Source: Candidatus Saccharimonadota bacterium (lineage in GTDB: Archaea > Nanohalarchaeota > Nanosalinia > Nanosalinales > Nanosalinaceae). From it: a stretch of 32,000 bases of DNA. Position 1 is the first letter of the stretch; every line of letters starts with the position of its first letter. The notes beneath the pieces were generated by a model that made no database searches, was not told where the DNA came from, and saw only the letters and a program-made list of their open reading frames with translations. Below are positions 22,421 to 30,617 of this stretch, one piece after another. The DNA lies in assembly GCF_029232205.1 (NCBI RefSeq), contig NZ_CP107255.1:210001-242000 (forward strand), written 5' to 3'. Made by a program: the position numbers and the translations under genes.

Positions 22421-23398
22421 CTAAGAAAAATCGTGTTCAGAAAATGTATTCCTTAAATCTTCCACCGAGACAGAGAATGCGGATAATTCAGCATCAGTTA
22501 GTTCTCCGTCCTCCTCTAGTTTGAAATGCAACAAATCTCCTTCATCTGAGAGAAAATTAGGGTTGGTCTTCCTACGCCATAAATCGATCTTCTCTAATGT
22601 CTTGACAATTTCTTCAGGGTAACTTTCGACGTAGCTTTCTGTGCCGATTGGATCGCCGAATAGTTCTTTCTCTTTTTTAAGCGTTCTTAAGGCGTCTGCA
22701 TCCATTTCTACAGCCCTAAATAGTTCATCCAGTAGCGTGAAGCACACCTGTTTACCTTCGTCGGTTTCAACTTCCGTAATCAAGCTTTCAGGCGTGAATA
22801 GGTTCTGTAAGTAAGAGTCCAAGTATTTCTTCTCGTTCTCTCCCAGCTTGTAGCATACTTTCTCGAACAGTTCGATTGCAAGACTGGAGATTGCTTTGCG
22901 GTTTATTCTCCAGTACTTCTTGTTGCCGACTGTCTCAATCTCTACAAAGTGAGGTTGTTGCTCAATATCTGTGCTTTTTAGACAGTTCAAGTAGCTTGAA
23001 ACTTTGGCAGGGCTTCGGCCTATTTTTTCTGCGATGTAGTGGTGGCTGGCATATGCTTTTAGATCAAGAACGTAGTCTTGCTTTTCATAGTCATATTCAG
23101 CTGCCTTCACAAGTATTCTGTGGCTTTTTACCGCACTTTCCTTTTTGAACTCCACGCTAAAGTCATCTTCCTTGAGGTATCTTTCCAGCAAGTCTGGTTC
23201 TTCTATTATTTTTTGTATATAATCTGAGTGGCTACCAATTGATAAGCAAGCAAAGGTAGCGTTTACAGATTCTATACTGCCCGTAGAGGTATCAGGGAGA
23301 TTAAGTAGCTCCAGCTTTTCCTCAGTCACCGGTATGTATAACTTCACATGATTACGTAGTTCGACAAGTTGTAAAAATCTGTCACCTATAGATAACAA
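22421..23398 (-). CDS. Hypothetical 325-aa protein with a central HTH-like segment, adjacent to the tRNA/att side
   Basis: HHYIAEKIGRSPAKVSSYLNCLK is HTH-like, and the C-terminus is acidic. No tyrosine- or serine-recombinase signature is visible. Confidence 0.6.
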   Translation of the reverse strand: MLSIGDRFLQLVELRNHVKLYIPVTEEKLELLNLPDTSTGSIESVNATFACLSIGSHSDYIQKIIEEPDLLERYLKEDDFSVEFKKESAVKSHRILVKAAEYDYEKQDYVLDLKAYASHHYIAEKIGRSPAKVSSYLNCLKSTDIEQQPHFVEIETVGNKKYWRINRKAISSLAIELFEKVCYKLGENEKKYLDSYLQNLFTPESLITEVETDEGKQVCFTLLDELFRAVEMDADALRTLKKEKELFGDPIGTESYVESYPEEIVKTLEKIDLWRRKTNPNFLSDEGDLLHFKLEEDGELTDAELSAFSVSVEDLRNTFSEHDFS

Positions 23399-23468
23399 TT
23401 AAAACAGTTCCGAAGAATACGCAAGTAAAAACCTATCTCCCTATCCCGCATCGTATCAATAGTAAGGT

Positions 23469-23541
23469 TGCGGTGTCCGGGATTTGAACCCGGGTCACCG
23501 GCTTGGAAGGCCGGGGTCTTAGGCCACTGGACCAACACCGC
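23469..23541 (-). tRNA. tRNA-Gly (anticodon UCC), no encoded CCA
   Basis: Minus strand GCGGTGTTGGTCCAGTGGCCTAAGACCCCGGCCTTCCAAGCCGGTGACCCGGGTTCAAATCCCGGACACCGC(A). 7-bp acceptor stem, anticodon arm CCGGC/CTTCCAA/GCCGG, T-arm CCGGG/TTCAAAT/CCCGG. Confidence 0.9.
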
Positions 23542-23658
23542 GTCTGGTAAAACTGTCTTTGTCGGTAATTTTCTTAAGTAGTTAGGCCTTTGATTTTCTG
23601 GTTTTTTATTTGGTGGGTGTTGGTTAGTGTTTTCAAGGTTTACTGAGTATTGTTTGGT

Positions 23659-24066
23659 ATGAAAGATCAATTTGATGAAGAGTTCACGGAATCTGCTGTG
23701 GAGGATATGGTTGATGACCTGATTGAATCCAGTGAAAGTGATGGAAATCCTAGGAAGCGTTTTGCAGCTGAAGTGAATGAAGAAGGGCCTGAGAAGCTCG
23801 GTAGGGAGCTTGACGAGAATGAGGTTGAGTTCCTTCTGAACAACAGGACTTCTATGGATAATGATGATATGGAGGAGTTTCTCAGAAGGGATAAAGAGTT
23901 CCAGAAGGAGGATTTCGGCCAGTTTTCAAATACTGAGGAGAAGTTTCTTCTTCAGAACCACTCGTCTATGAGCGTTGATGATATTGCTGAAAAGATTGAT
24001 AGAAGTCCAAGGGCTGTCGAGATGCAGCTTAGGATTATGGGCCTAGGTGACAGCGTTGACAGATAA
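23659..24066 (+). CDS. Acidic protein with two tandem SANT/Myb-like helical repeats (weak call)
   Basis: Repeat 1 is EVEFLLNNRTSMDNDDMEEFL. Repeat 2 is EEKFLLQNHSSMSVDDIAEKIDRSPRAVEMQLRIMGL. The ATG at 23659 is preferred over the TTG at 23650. Confidence 0.6.
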   Translation: MKDQFDEEFTESAVEDMVDDLIESSESDGNPRKRFAAEVNEEGPEKLGRELDENEVEFLLNNRTSMDNDDMEEFLRRDKEFQKEDFGQFSNTEEKFLLQNHSSMSVDDIAEKIDRSPRAVEMQLRIMGLGDSVDR

Positions 24067-24814
24067 GAATAATGCCCGTGAGAAGGCCCTGGAAAGAGCT
24101 AAGTCCCAGTTGAGGGAGGAAGCCCCGAAGGACCAGCTAGTAATCAAGGCTGTAAAACTACTTGATCAGACCAATAACAGTTTCCATGAGGAGTTTGAAC
24201 GTTTCAAGGACTGGTACTCTATTTACTTCCCGGAATTCGTCGAGGAGATCTCCGAGGAAGAGCATATGCTGAAGATTCTCTCCAAGGGAGGCCTGAAGAG
24301 AGAAGAGGTCAAAGGGTTTGAGTCAATGGCTGAGGAGTCTACAGGTAAGGCCTTGAGTGATGCTGATCTTGAGATGCTTCAGAGCTCGTTTGACATGCTT
24401 CAGGAAAAGTATAATTTGATGCAGGATCTTGAGGATTACGTTGAGGAGGCCATGAAGGATAATGCTTCCAATCTTTCTACTTTGCTTGGGCCTTTGCTGG
24501 CTGCAAGAGTTATGTCTGAGGCTGGAGGCCTTGAAGAGCTTGCAAAGAAGCCGGCTTCCACTATTCAGATGCTTGGAGCTGAAAAAGCATTGTTCCGTTA
24601 CCTGAAAGGAAAAGGAACTCCGCCGAAACACGGCATTATCTTCGAGCACGAGTATGTGAATACTCTTCCTGAGGATAAGAGAGGGAAGATGGCTCGTTTC
24701 CTGGCTAACAAGGCCGCTATGACTGCCAGACTTGATATGTATGGTGATAAGGAGAAGGGCCAGGAGTACAGGGAGAAGGCCAGAGAAAAATATCAGGAGC
24801 TTAAAGAGGAGTAG
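24047..24814 (+). CDS. nop5: Nop5 (Nop56/58) box C/D RNP protein, NOP domain only (no N-terminal domain)
   Basis: WYSIYFPEF, STIQMLGAEKALFRYL, PKHGIIFEH, RGKMARFLANKAAMTARLD. GTG (24047) or TTG (24056) start overlapping the upstream ORF. Confidence 0.88.
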   Translation: MTALTDKNNAREKALERAKSQLREEAPKDQLVIKAVKLLDQTNNSFHEEFERFKDWYSIYFPEFVEEISEEEHMLKILSKGGLKREEVKGFESMAEESTGKALSDADLEMLQSSFDMLQEKYNLMQDLEDYVEEAMKDNASNLSTLLGPLLAARVMSEAGGLEELAKKPASTIQMLGAEKALFRYLKGKGTPPKHGIIFEHEYVNTLPEDKRGKMARFLANKAAMTARLDMYGDKEKGQEYREKAREKYQELKEE

Positions 24815-24817
24815 GTT

Positions 24818-25468
24818 ATGAAAGAGATTCAACCCGGAATTTTCTCTCAAAATGATAATCTTTATACGAAAAATCAGGTTCCGGGCCAGCAGGTTTACGG
24901 CGAGTCCTTGCAGGATTTTGAGGGCGACGAGTACAGGGCCTGGCATGCGAACCGTTCAAAGGTAGCTGCCGCGGTTAAGAACGGTATTGATCTAGGTGTA
25001 GAACAGAGCGATGATGTTCTGTATCTTGGTGCAGCCTCAGGTACTACAGTTTCTCACTTTTCAGATTTGCTTGTTGATGGCTTTGTCTTTGGCGTTGAGT
25101 ATTCGGAGACGGTTGGTAGAGATCTGGTTAAGCTCGCTGATTCGAGAGGAAATATTGCACCGATTATTGGCGATGCCAGAAAGCCTGAGGACTACAGCGA
25201 TCTTGTTCCGGAGGTTGAAGTGGTTTTCCAGGATATTTCCCAGCGGGATCAACCGGAGATATTCATCAAGAATGCGGAAAAATTCCTGAAGGATGATGGT
25301 ATAGGCCTTATTGCGGTCAAGGCCCAGTCGATTTCATCTTCTAGAGATCCTGAAGATGTTTTTGATGAGGCTGTTGAGAAGCTTGAGGAAAGATTTGAGG
25401 TTTTAGATCGTACGAGGCTTGAGCCTTACGAGAAAGACCATCTTTTCCTTAAATTGAAGAAAAGATAG
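24818..25468 (+). CDS. flpA: Fibrillarin-like rRNA/tRNA 2'-O-methyltransferase
   Basis: SAM-binding VLYLGAASGTTVSHFSD, IIGDARKP, VFQDISQRDQ. Directly downstream of nop5, the conserved archaeal pairing. Confidence 0.93.
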   Translation: MKEIQPGIFSQNDNLYTKNQVPGQQVYGESLQDFEGDEYRAWHANRSKVAAAVKNGIDLGVEQSDDVLYLGAASGTTVSHFSDLLVDGFVFGVEYSETVGRDLVKLADSRGNIAPIIGDARKPEDYSDLVPEVEVVFQDISQRDQPEIFIKNAEKFLKDDGIGLIAVKAQSISSSRDPEDVFDEAVEKLEERFEVLDRTRLEPYEKDHLFLKLKKR

Positions 25469-26230
25469 TTATTGGAGTTCTGCGGCCTGTTCTTTGGCCC
25501 AGTCATATCCTTCGTCTTCGAGTCTTTCTGCCAGTTCTGATCCTCCTGATTCCACTATTTTTCCGTCTACCATGACGTGTACTCTGTCTGGTTCTACGTA
25601 GTCGAGGATTCTCTGGTAGTGTGTGATCATCAGGATTCCCTGGTCTTCTGAGGCCAGTTTGTTGATTCCTTTTGCCACGATCTTCAGTGCGTCGATGTCG
25701 AGGCCTGAATCTATCTCGTCTAGAATTGCATATTTTGGTTCTAGTACGGCCATTTGCAGAATCTCGTTTCTCTTCTTTTCTCCTCCTGAGAATCCTTCGT
25801 TGAGGTATCTTCTTGCGTATTCTTCGTCCATGTCCAGCAGGTCGAGTTTTTCTCTGAGAAGTTCGTTGAACTCGCTCTGTGGCATCGGGTCTTCTCCGTC
25901 TTCCTCTCTTTTTGCGTCGATTGCTTCCTTCAGGAATTCTGCTACTGAGATTCCCGAGATTTCTGCTGGGTACTGGAATCCCAGGAAGAGGCCTTCTCTT
26001 GCTCTTTCGTCTGTTTCTTCGTGTGTTACGTCTTCTCCGTCAACGAGGATTTTTCCGCCGTTGATTGAGTATACTGGGTTACCCATCAAACTTTTGCATA
26101 GTGTGCTTTTTCCTGATCCGTTTGGACCCATGATGGCGTGTATTTCTCCTGGATTAATTTCCAGGGAGACGCCTTTCACGATTTCTTCTTCCTCTACTGA
26201 GACTTCCAAGTTTTCAACTTTGAGTGTCAT
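25469..26230 (-). CDS. sufC: Fe-S cluster assembly ATPase SufC
   Basis: Walker A GPNGSGKST, signature FSGGEKKRNEILQ, Walker B ILDEIDSGLD, H-loop ITHY. Confidence 0.92.
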   Translation of the reverse strand: MTLKVENLEVSVEEEEIVKGVSLEINPGEIHAIMGPNGSGKSTLCKSLMGNPVYSINGGKILVDGEDVTHEETDERAREGLFLGFQYPAEISGISVAEFLKEAIDAKREEDGEDPMPQSEFNELLREKLDLLDMDEEYARRYLNEGFSGGEKKRNEILQMAVLEPKYAILDEIDSGLDIDALKIVAKGINKLASEDQGILMITHYQRILDYVEPDRVHVMVDGKIVESGGSELAERLEDEGYDWAKEQAAELQ

Positions 26231-26334
26231 ACAATTTAGGTAGGCCTAAAATTTCTTAAGGTTCTTCCAGATTCAGCGGATAGAGATATATTGTTTTTTC
26301 TGTAAATAGTTATTTCCGCAGTAGGTGATACAGA

Positions 26335-26598
26335 ATGGTTGAAATTTACAGGGCTGAGGCCCAGGACTTGAATGAATTTGTTGAAATAGTTTTAGAGTAC
26401 AGGCCTTCATGGGAGGAAGAGTATAACGTGTCTAATTCCGTTAGAGAGGATGAGGACTTCTTCTACCTTGATATTGAAGCTGACGAAGATCTTTCGGAGG
26501 ATATTGTCGAGTTAGGTAATCTTCTGAATGCGAGAGTTACCGGTATTGGCGGTGAGGCCGAAAGATATTTCCTTTCGGTTGGAAAGAATTCACTCTGA
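26335..26598 (+). CDS. Hypothetical acidic protein
   Basis: 87-aa ORF, no motifs. Its 3' end overlaps the convergent sufU by 9 nt. Confidence 0.45.
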   Translation: MVEIYRAEAQDLNEFVEIVLEYRPSWEEEYNVSNSVREDEDFFYLDIEADEDLSEDIVELGNLLNARVTGIGGEAERYFLSVGKNSL

Positions 26599-26946
26599 TT
26601 TTTTCAGTGCTTTCTGAGCTGTTTTCAGGCCCAGCATTGCACATTTGGTTCTCATAGGAGATATCTCTATGTCAAGGGTATCTATTATCCAGTCTCTGTC
26701 AAGTTGTTCTACTTCATCAACCTTTTTCCCTTTGATTTCTTCTGAGAGAATTGAGGTGGCGGAGGTGCAGATTGCGCAACCTTCTGTCTCGTGTTTCATT
26801 TCTTTGACTTCTCCGTCTTCGATTTCCAGGTAGATTTCTGTGTGATCTCCGCAGCTTGAGTTATCGCCTTCCGCACGGAAATCTGTCTCCAGAGTTCCCT
26901 CGTTTCTTGGTCTTTTGTAGTGGTCCAGTATTTCTTCTCTGTACAT
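26590..26946 (-). CDS. sufU: SufU/IscU-type Fe-S scaffold or sulfur-acceptor protein
   Basis: Three conserved Cys contexts: NSSCGD, EGCAICTSA, RTKCAMLG. Directly downstream of sufS. Confidence 0.88.
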   Translation of the reverse strand: MYREEILDHYKRPRNEGTLETDFRAEGDNSSCGDHTEIYLEIEDGEVKEMKHETEGCAICTSATSILSEEIKGKKVDEVEQLDRDWIIDTLDIEISPMRTKCAMLGLKTAQKALKKSE

Positions 26947-26955
26947 TTTCTTTTC

Positions 26956-28140
26956 TCACCTCTTGAATACTTCGCGGGCTTCTCTGACTCCTTCCAGGAA
27001 TTTTTCGATATCTTCTTCGGTGTTGTAGATGTAAGGGCTTGCTCGAGTTGCACCGTTTACATCAAGTTCTGTCATCTGTGGTTGTGCGCAGTGGTGGCCG
27101 GCCCTCACAGCAACTCCATGCTGGTTCAAAACCTCTGCGACATCGTGAGGGTGGGCCCAGCTGGCTGTGAATGAGACCAGGCTGGCTCCTTCTGGAGAAA
27201 GTACGTATACTCCTTCTATTTTTTCGAGGCCTTTGATCATTTTCTCTGTTAGTTTCTGGTCATGTTTCTTGACTTCGTTCATGTCAAGTTTGTTGAGGTA
27301 GTCTATTGCGGCGCCAAGGCCTACTGCTCCTGCGATATTTGGTGTTCCAGCCTCGAATTTTTCCGGTGGGTCCTCCCATTTGGCCTTGTTTTTCTTTACT
27401 GACTTGATCATTCCGCCGCCTACCTGGTATGGTTCCATGCTTTTGAGTACGTGTTTTTTGCCGTAGAGCACTCCTATTCCTGTTGGGCCTAGCATTTTGT
27501 GGCTTGAGAAGGCCATGAGATCTATTCCGAGTTTCTGGACGTCTACTGGCATTCGGGGTACTGACTGTGCTCCATCGAGTAGTATGTATGCGTTGTGGGC
27601 CTTGGCGATTTCAATTATTTCTTTTACAGGGTTTTCTGCTCCGAATACGTTTGACATGTGTGATAGGGAGACGAGGCCTGTGTTGTCGTCTATAAGTTCT
27701 TCTGCTGACTCTACGCTTAGTTTGCCGTTCTGTGTTTCGATGTATTTGATGTCTTTTCCGTGTTTTTGGGCGTTTTTTCTCAGTGGTAGTTGTTCGCTGT
27801 GGTGGGCCATTTTTCCTACTACTATGTCGCCCATGAAGTCCAGTGATTCTGCTACCAGGTTGTAGGATTCGGTTGTGTTTCTTGTGAATATTATTTCGTC
27901 TGGTGTTTCTGCGTTGATGAAGTCGGCTACCTTGATTCTTGATTCCTGGTATAGTTCTGTGGATTCCTGTGAGAGGTTGTATAGGCCTCTTCCTACGTTT
28001 GCGTTTTTCTGTTCGTAGAAGTTTTTGATTGCTGAGGTTACTGTTTCTGGTTTGTGGGTTGTTGCAGCATTGTCAAGGTAGTGGAGGTCTTCCCTGTTCT
28101 GGAATATTGGAAAATCCTCCCTTATCTCATCTGGATTCAC
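26956..28140 (-). CDS. sufS: Cysteine desulfurase (SufS/class V aminotransferase)
   Basis: PLP-Lys motif SSHKMLGPTGIG, catalytic Cys RAGHHCAQP. GTG start. Confidence 0.92.
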   Translation of the reverse strand: MNPDEIREDFPIFQNREDLHYLDNAATTHKPETVTSAIKNFYEQKNANVGRGLYNLSQESTELYQESRIKVADFINAETPDEIIFTRNTTESYNLVAESLDFMGDIVVGKMAHHSEQLPLRKNAQKHGKDIKYIETQNGKLSVESAEELIDDNTGLVSLSHMSNVFGAENPVKEIIEIAKAHNAYILLDGAQSVPRMPVDVQKLGIDLMAFSSHKMLGPTGIGVLYGKKHVLKSMEPYQVGGGMIKSVKKNKAKWEDPPEKFEAGTPNIAGAVGLGAAIDYLNKLDMNEVKKHDQKLTEKMIKGLEKIEGVYVLSPEGASLVSFTASWAHPHDVAEVLNQHGVAVRAGHHCAQPQMTELDVNGATRASPYIYNTEEDIEKFLEGVREAREVFKR

Positions 28141-28215
28141 GCATTATCTTAACTTCTGAATCTTTTTATTTCAACTTAATTATAAAGAAGAAAGAAGGAA
28201 AAAGGAGAGAAGGCT

Positions 28216-29418
28216 CTAGAACAGGCCTTTTATCCTGTTTCTGAAAATAACTGCTCCTGCACCAAGAACCACGATCACAGCGATAGGCATGACTGGAAGG
28301 CCTGATTCTGTTGTTCCCTGCTGTACTTCTGCGCTGACAGTTGTCTCTTCAACATAAGTTGTTGAGTCCTTCACTCCTCTAACTTCAAAGTCCAGGAGGT
28401 AGTTTTTGACTTCTGCACTGTTTTCAGCTGTTACATCGAATACTGCTGTTCCGTTCTGGCCTGGTTCAAGAGTTCCGATGTAGTGGCTTGCAGAACCGTA
28501 GCTGAAAGGAAGGTCTGAGGAGTCCAGAACTCTTATCCGTGTAGAAGAGGCCTTTTCGGATCCTGTGTTCTGTACTGTAATTCTCAGCTGACTGGTTGAA
28601 TCTGTTTCAAGGTTGCTTTCTACTTTTACTACTTCGAACTGCGGTTTGCCTGCCAGGAAGAAGCTGAAGTCGGTGTTTTCAGTTACTCTTGCGCTCGATT
28701 CTCCTGTAGAGTAAGTAATGTCTGATGGGATATGTACTGTGCCTTTCTCTGCATCTTTCTCTATGTCAAAAGTGAATTCTGCCTGTTTTACCTGGCCGGG
28801 CCCGATGTTTCCTATTGCTTGTCGGGTTGAAAAGCTTGAAGTAGCCTGGAATGTTTCCGGCAGCTGGATGTTAACTACTGCGTTCTCAGCGGTCTTTTCT
28901 CCGTTGTTTACAGCTTCGACAACCATCTTTGCGTTCTCTGTGTCTGGTGTCAGCTGTGAGGGAACTGTCTGCAGGTTGGCCAGATTGATCTTTATGTCCT
29001 GGCTCTGAACTGTCACTGGTATTTCTCGAGTGTAAGATACGTCTCCATGGGTAACACGAATTTTCAGATCGTTTACTCCATCGGGAGCATCTTCTGCTAC
29101 CAGTACCTCATATGTCGGAAGCTGTATCCTCTGGCCTGACGCTATATCTCCAATAGCGTATGTTCTTTTTCTGTCAGGCTTTAAACTGAAAGGATATGAA
29201 TCAACTATACCGATCTCTACGTCTTCAGCTGCAGAGTTGCCGTTGTTCCTGATCTTGAAAGTTATCTCCGCGTCCTCGCCTGATTGAACAGGTACAGGAT
29301 CTGTGTTGATTAGAACAGGCTGGAGATCCGGCCCGTTACTGTTAGAGTTTGTCTGTGCAGCAACACCTCCTACTAGAAGAAGGGCTGCCGAAATAAGTGC
29401 TAGTGTTTTTGTCTTCAT
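28216..29418 (-). CDS. Secreted CARDB/S-layer-domain-like repeat protein with C-terminal TM anchor
   Basis: Signal peptide MKTKTLALISAALLLVGGVAAQ. Repeated beta-rich modules (AEITFKIRNNGNSAAEDVEI, MVVEAVNNGEKTAENAVVNI, LRITVQNTGSEKASSTRIRV). C-terminal helix PIAVIVVLGAGAVIF plus basic tail. 4-nt overlap with the upstream transporter gene. Confidence 0.75.
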   Translation of the reverse strand: MKTKTLALISAALLLVGGVAAQTNSNSNGPDLQPVLINTDPVPVQSGEDAEITFKIRNNGNSAAEDVEIGIVDSYPFSLKPDRKRTYAIGDIASGQRIQLPTYEVLVAEDAPDGVNDLKIRVTHGDVSYTREIPVTVQSQDIKINLANLQTVPSQLTPDTENAKMVVEAVNNGEKTAENAVVNIQLPETFQATSSFSTRQAIGNIGPGQVKQAEFTFDIEKDAEKGTVHIPSDITYSTGESSARVTENTDFSFFLAGKPQFEVVKVESNLETDSTSQLRITVQNTGSEKASSTRIRVLDSSDLPFSYGSASHYIGTLEPGQNGTAVFDVTAENSAEVKNYLLDFEVRGVKDSTTYVEETTVSAEVQQGTTESGLPVMPIAVIVVLGAGAVIFRNRIKGLF

Positions 29419-30617
29419 TGTTGAGTTTCACCTTTAGTATTGTTTTCATTCATAGATGTTATCTTGGATAAAGTAAAGCCTGAAGTGCCATTGGCGGTGA
29501 AGTAGCGATCGTAGATTACTAGTGATGCTGGTATAACGGTAAATGCTGCGAGATAGGCCATTGTGGTGGTTAATGTCAGCAAGGTTCCGAGATCTGAGAG
29601 GAATGTTACTCTTCCGACGTTGAGCGAGAGGAATCCAATGTTTGCAGCGATAAGGCCTACAGTCATCGGGGTTATTACTCCTTTGATGGTTTCTGAAAGC
29701 GATTTTTCTATGTCAAGTTCCTCTCTTTCCTCGATGTACCGTGAAATTGGCTGTATTCCGAAGTCAATTGCGACTCCGATACCCATTGTGATTGCACCTG
29801 AGGTTGCAGGGCTCATGTTGAGCCCCAGCCAGCCGAATATTCCGAAACCGGCCGTTACTCCGAATACAAGAGTCAGTAGTGATGTTGCACCGTAGAACAG
29901 CGAGCGGAACAGTACAACTACTACCAGTATCACTCCAAGAAGGGCCGCGATACCCGTGACACTCATTGTTCGCTGTGTCTGATCCTGGAAGGCCTGGTCA
30001 ATGAAAGGCTGACCGGTATAGCTTACAACAAGGCCTGCAGGTTTGTCATGGCTCTGCACAGTATTTCTGATTCTGTTCGCCATCTCCGTTTTCTCTGCTG
30101 TCGATATCTCTACAGTATTTATTCTGATTACGGCAGCTGTGTAATCTTCTGAAATATAGTTGCTCCACCGGGCCTCGCCCAATGTACTGAATGTCTGTCT
30201 TACCTGTGTCTTGCTTGCAGGAATTTCTCCACGGAAGAGATCTGAAGGCCCGGAAGTAGAACTGATCTTGTCTATGGTGTTCAGATCATTTGAAACTGAT
30301 TCCATAAATCTCAATGCGTCAGGATTCCTCAGATCTCTTACCTCGGTAGAGTTAGGATACTTAGGGCTAGATTCGATCAGAATAGTGTAGCTAGTGCCCG
30401 AGTTACTGGAAAACTCTGTGCTTATCACATCGAAGGCCTCCATGGTAGGCATTGAATCAGGAAGAAGATCCTCCTGACTCATCTGAGTTGTCTGTACCTG
30501 TGAAGCCCCTGAGGCAAGCACTGCAGTTATAATCAATGAAAATGCCAGTACTGTTACAGGCCTGCTTTCTACAGTATTTGCGTATCCTTCAAGTGTATTA
30601 CCTATCTTTCCGTTCAC
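29415..30617 (-). CDS. RND/MMPL-like exporter, C-terminal half-transporter (1 TM, extracytoplasmic loop, 5 TM)
   Basis: 400 aa with topology and sequence parallel to the upstream half. GTG start in a GTGA overlap with the upstream stop. Confidence 0.8.
   Translation of the reverse strand: MNGKIGNTLEGYANTVESRPVTVLAFSLIITAVLASGASQVQTTQMSQEDLLPDSMPTMEAFDVISTEFSSNSGTSYTILIESSPKYPNSTEVRDLRNPDALRFMESVSNDLNTIDKISSTSGPSDLFRGEIPASKTQVRQTFSTLGEARWSNYISEDYTAAVIRINTVEISTAEKTEMANRIRNTVQSHDKPAGLVVSYTGQPFIDQAFQDQTQRTMSVTGIAALLGVILVVVVLFRSLFYGATSLLTLVFGVTAGFGIFGWLGLNMSPATSGAITMGIGVAIDFGIQPISRYIEEREELDIEKSLSETIKGVITPMTVGLIAANIGFLSLNVGRVTFLSDLGTLLTLTTTMAYLAAFTVIPASLVIYDRYFTANGTSGFTLSKITSMNENNTKGETQQ

Larger units (their letters stand above)
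14528..23469. mobile_element. Integrated plasmid- or virus-like element (~8.9 kb) at tRNA-Gly(UCC), apparently integrase-less or defective
   Basis: Bounded by the tRNA 3' end and a tRNA-3'-like fragment. Content is typical of archaeal MGEs: primase-MCM replicase, several wHTH and zinc-ribbon ORFans, and genes chained by 1-11 nt overlaps. It sits between a metal island and core genes. Confidence 0.6.

Noticed and set aside
14486-23469. Search for an integrase, transposase, capsid or packaging ATPase, toxin-antitoxin or restriction genes in the element
   Set aside because: No R..HxxR..Y or serine-recombinase pattern, DDE motif, extra Walker-type packaging ATPase or capsid-like protein could be recognised by eye. 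Absence cannot be proven without profile searches, so none is annotated.
23386-23670. 94-aa ORF on the minus strand spanning the tRNA-Gly gene
   Set aside because: It reads straight through a well-folded tRNA and its promoter region. Its sequence is low-complexity (PPNKKPENQRPN..) with no start context, so it is a by-product of the tRNA locus.
24323-26243. Long antisense ORFs 24323..24946 (207 aa) and 25623..26243 (206 aa)
   Set aside because: They lie opposite nop5/flpA and sufC respectively, all of which have unambiguous family motifs. Their Leu/Ser/Arg-rich composition marks them as shadows.
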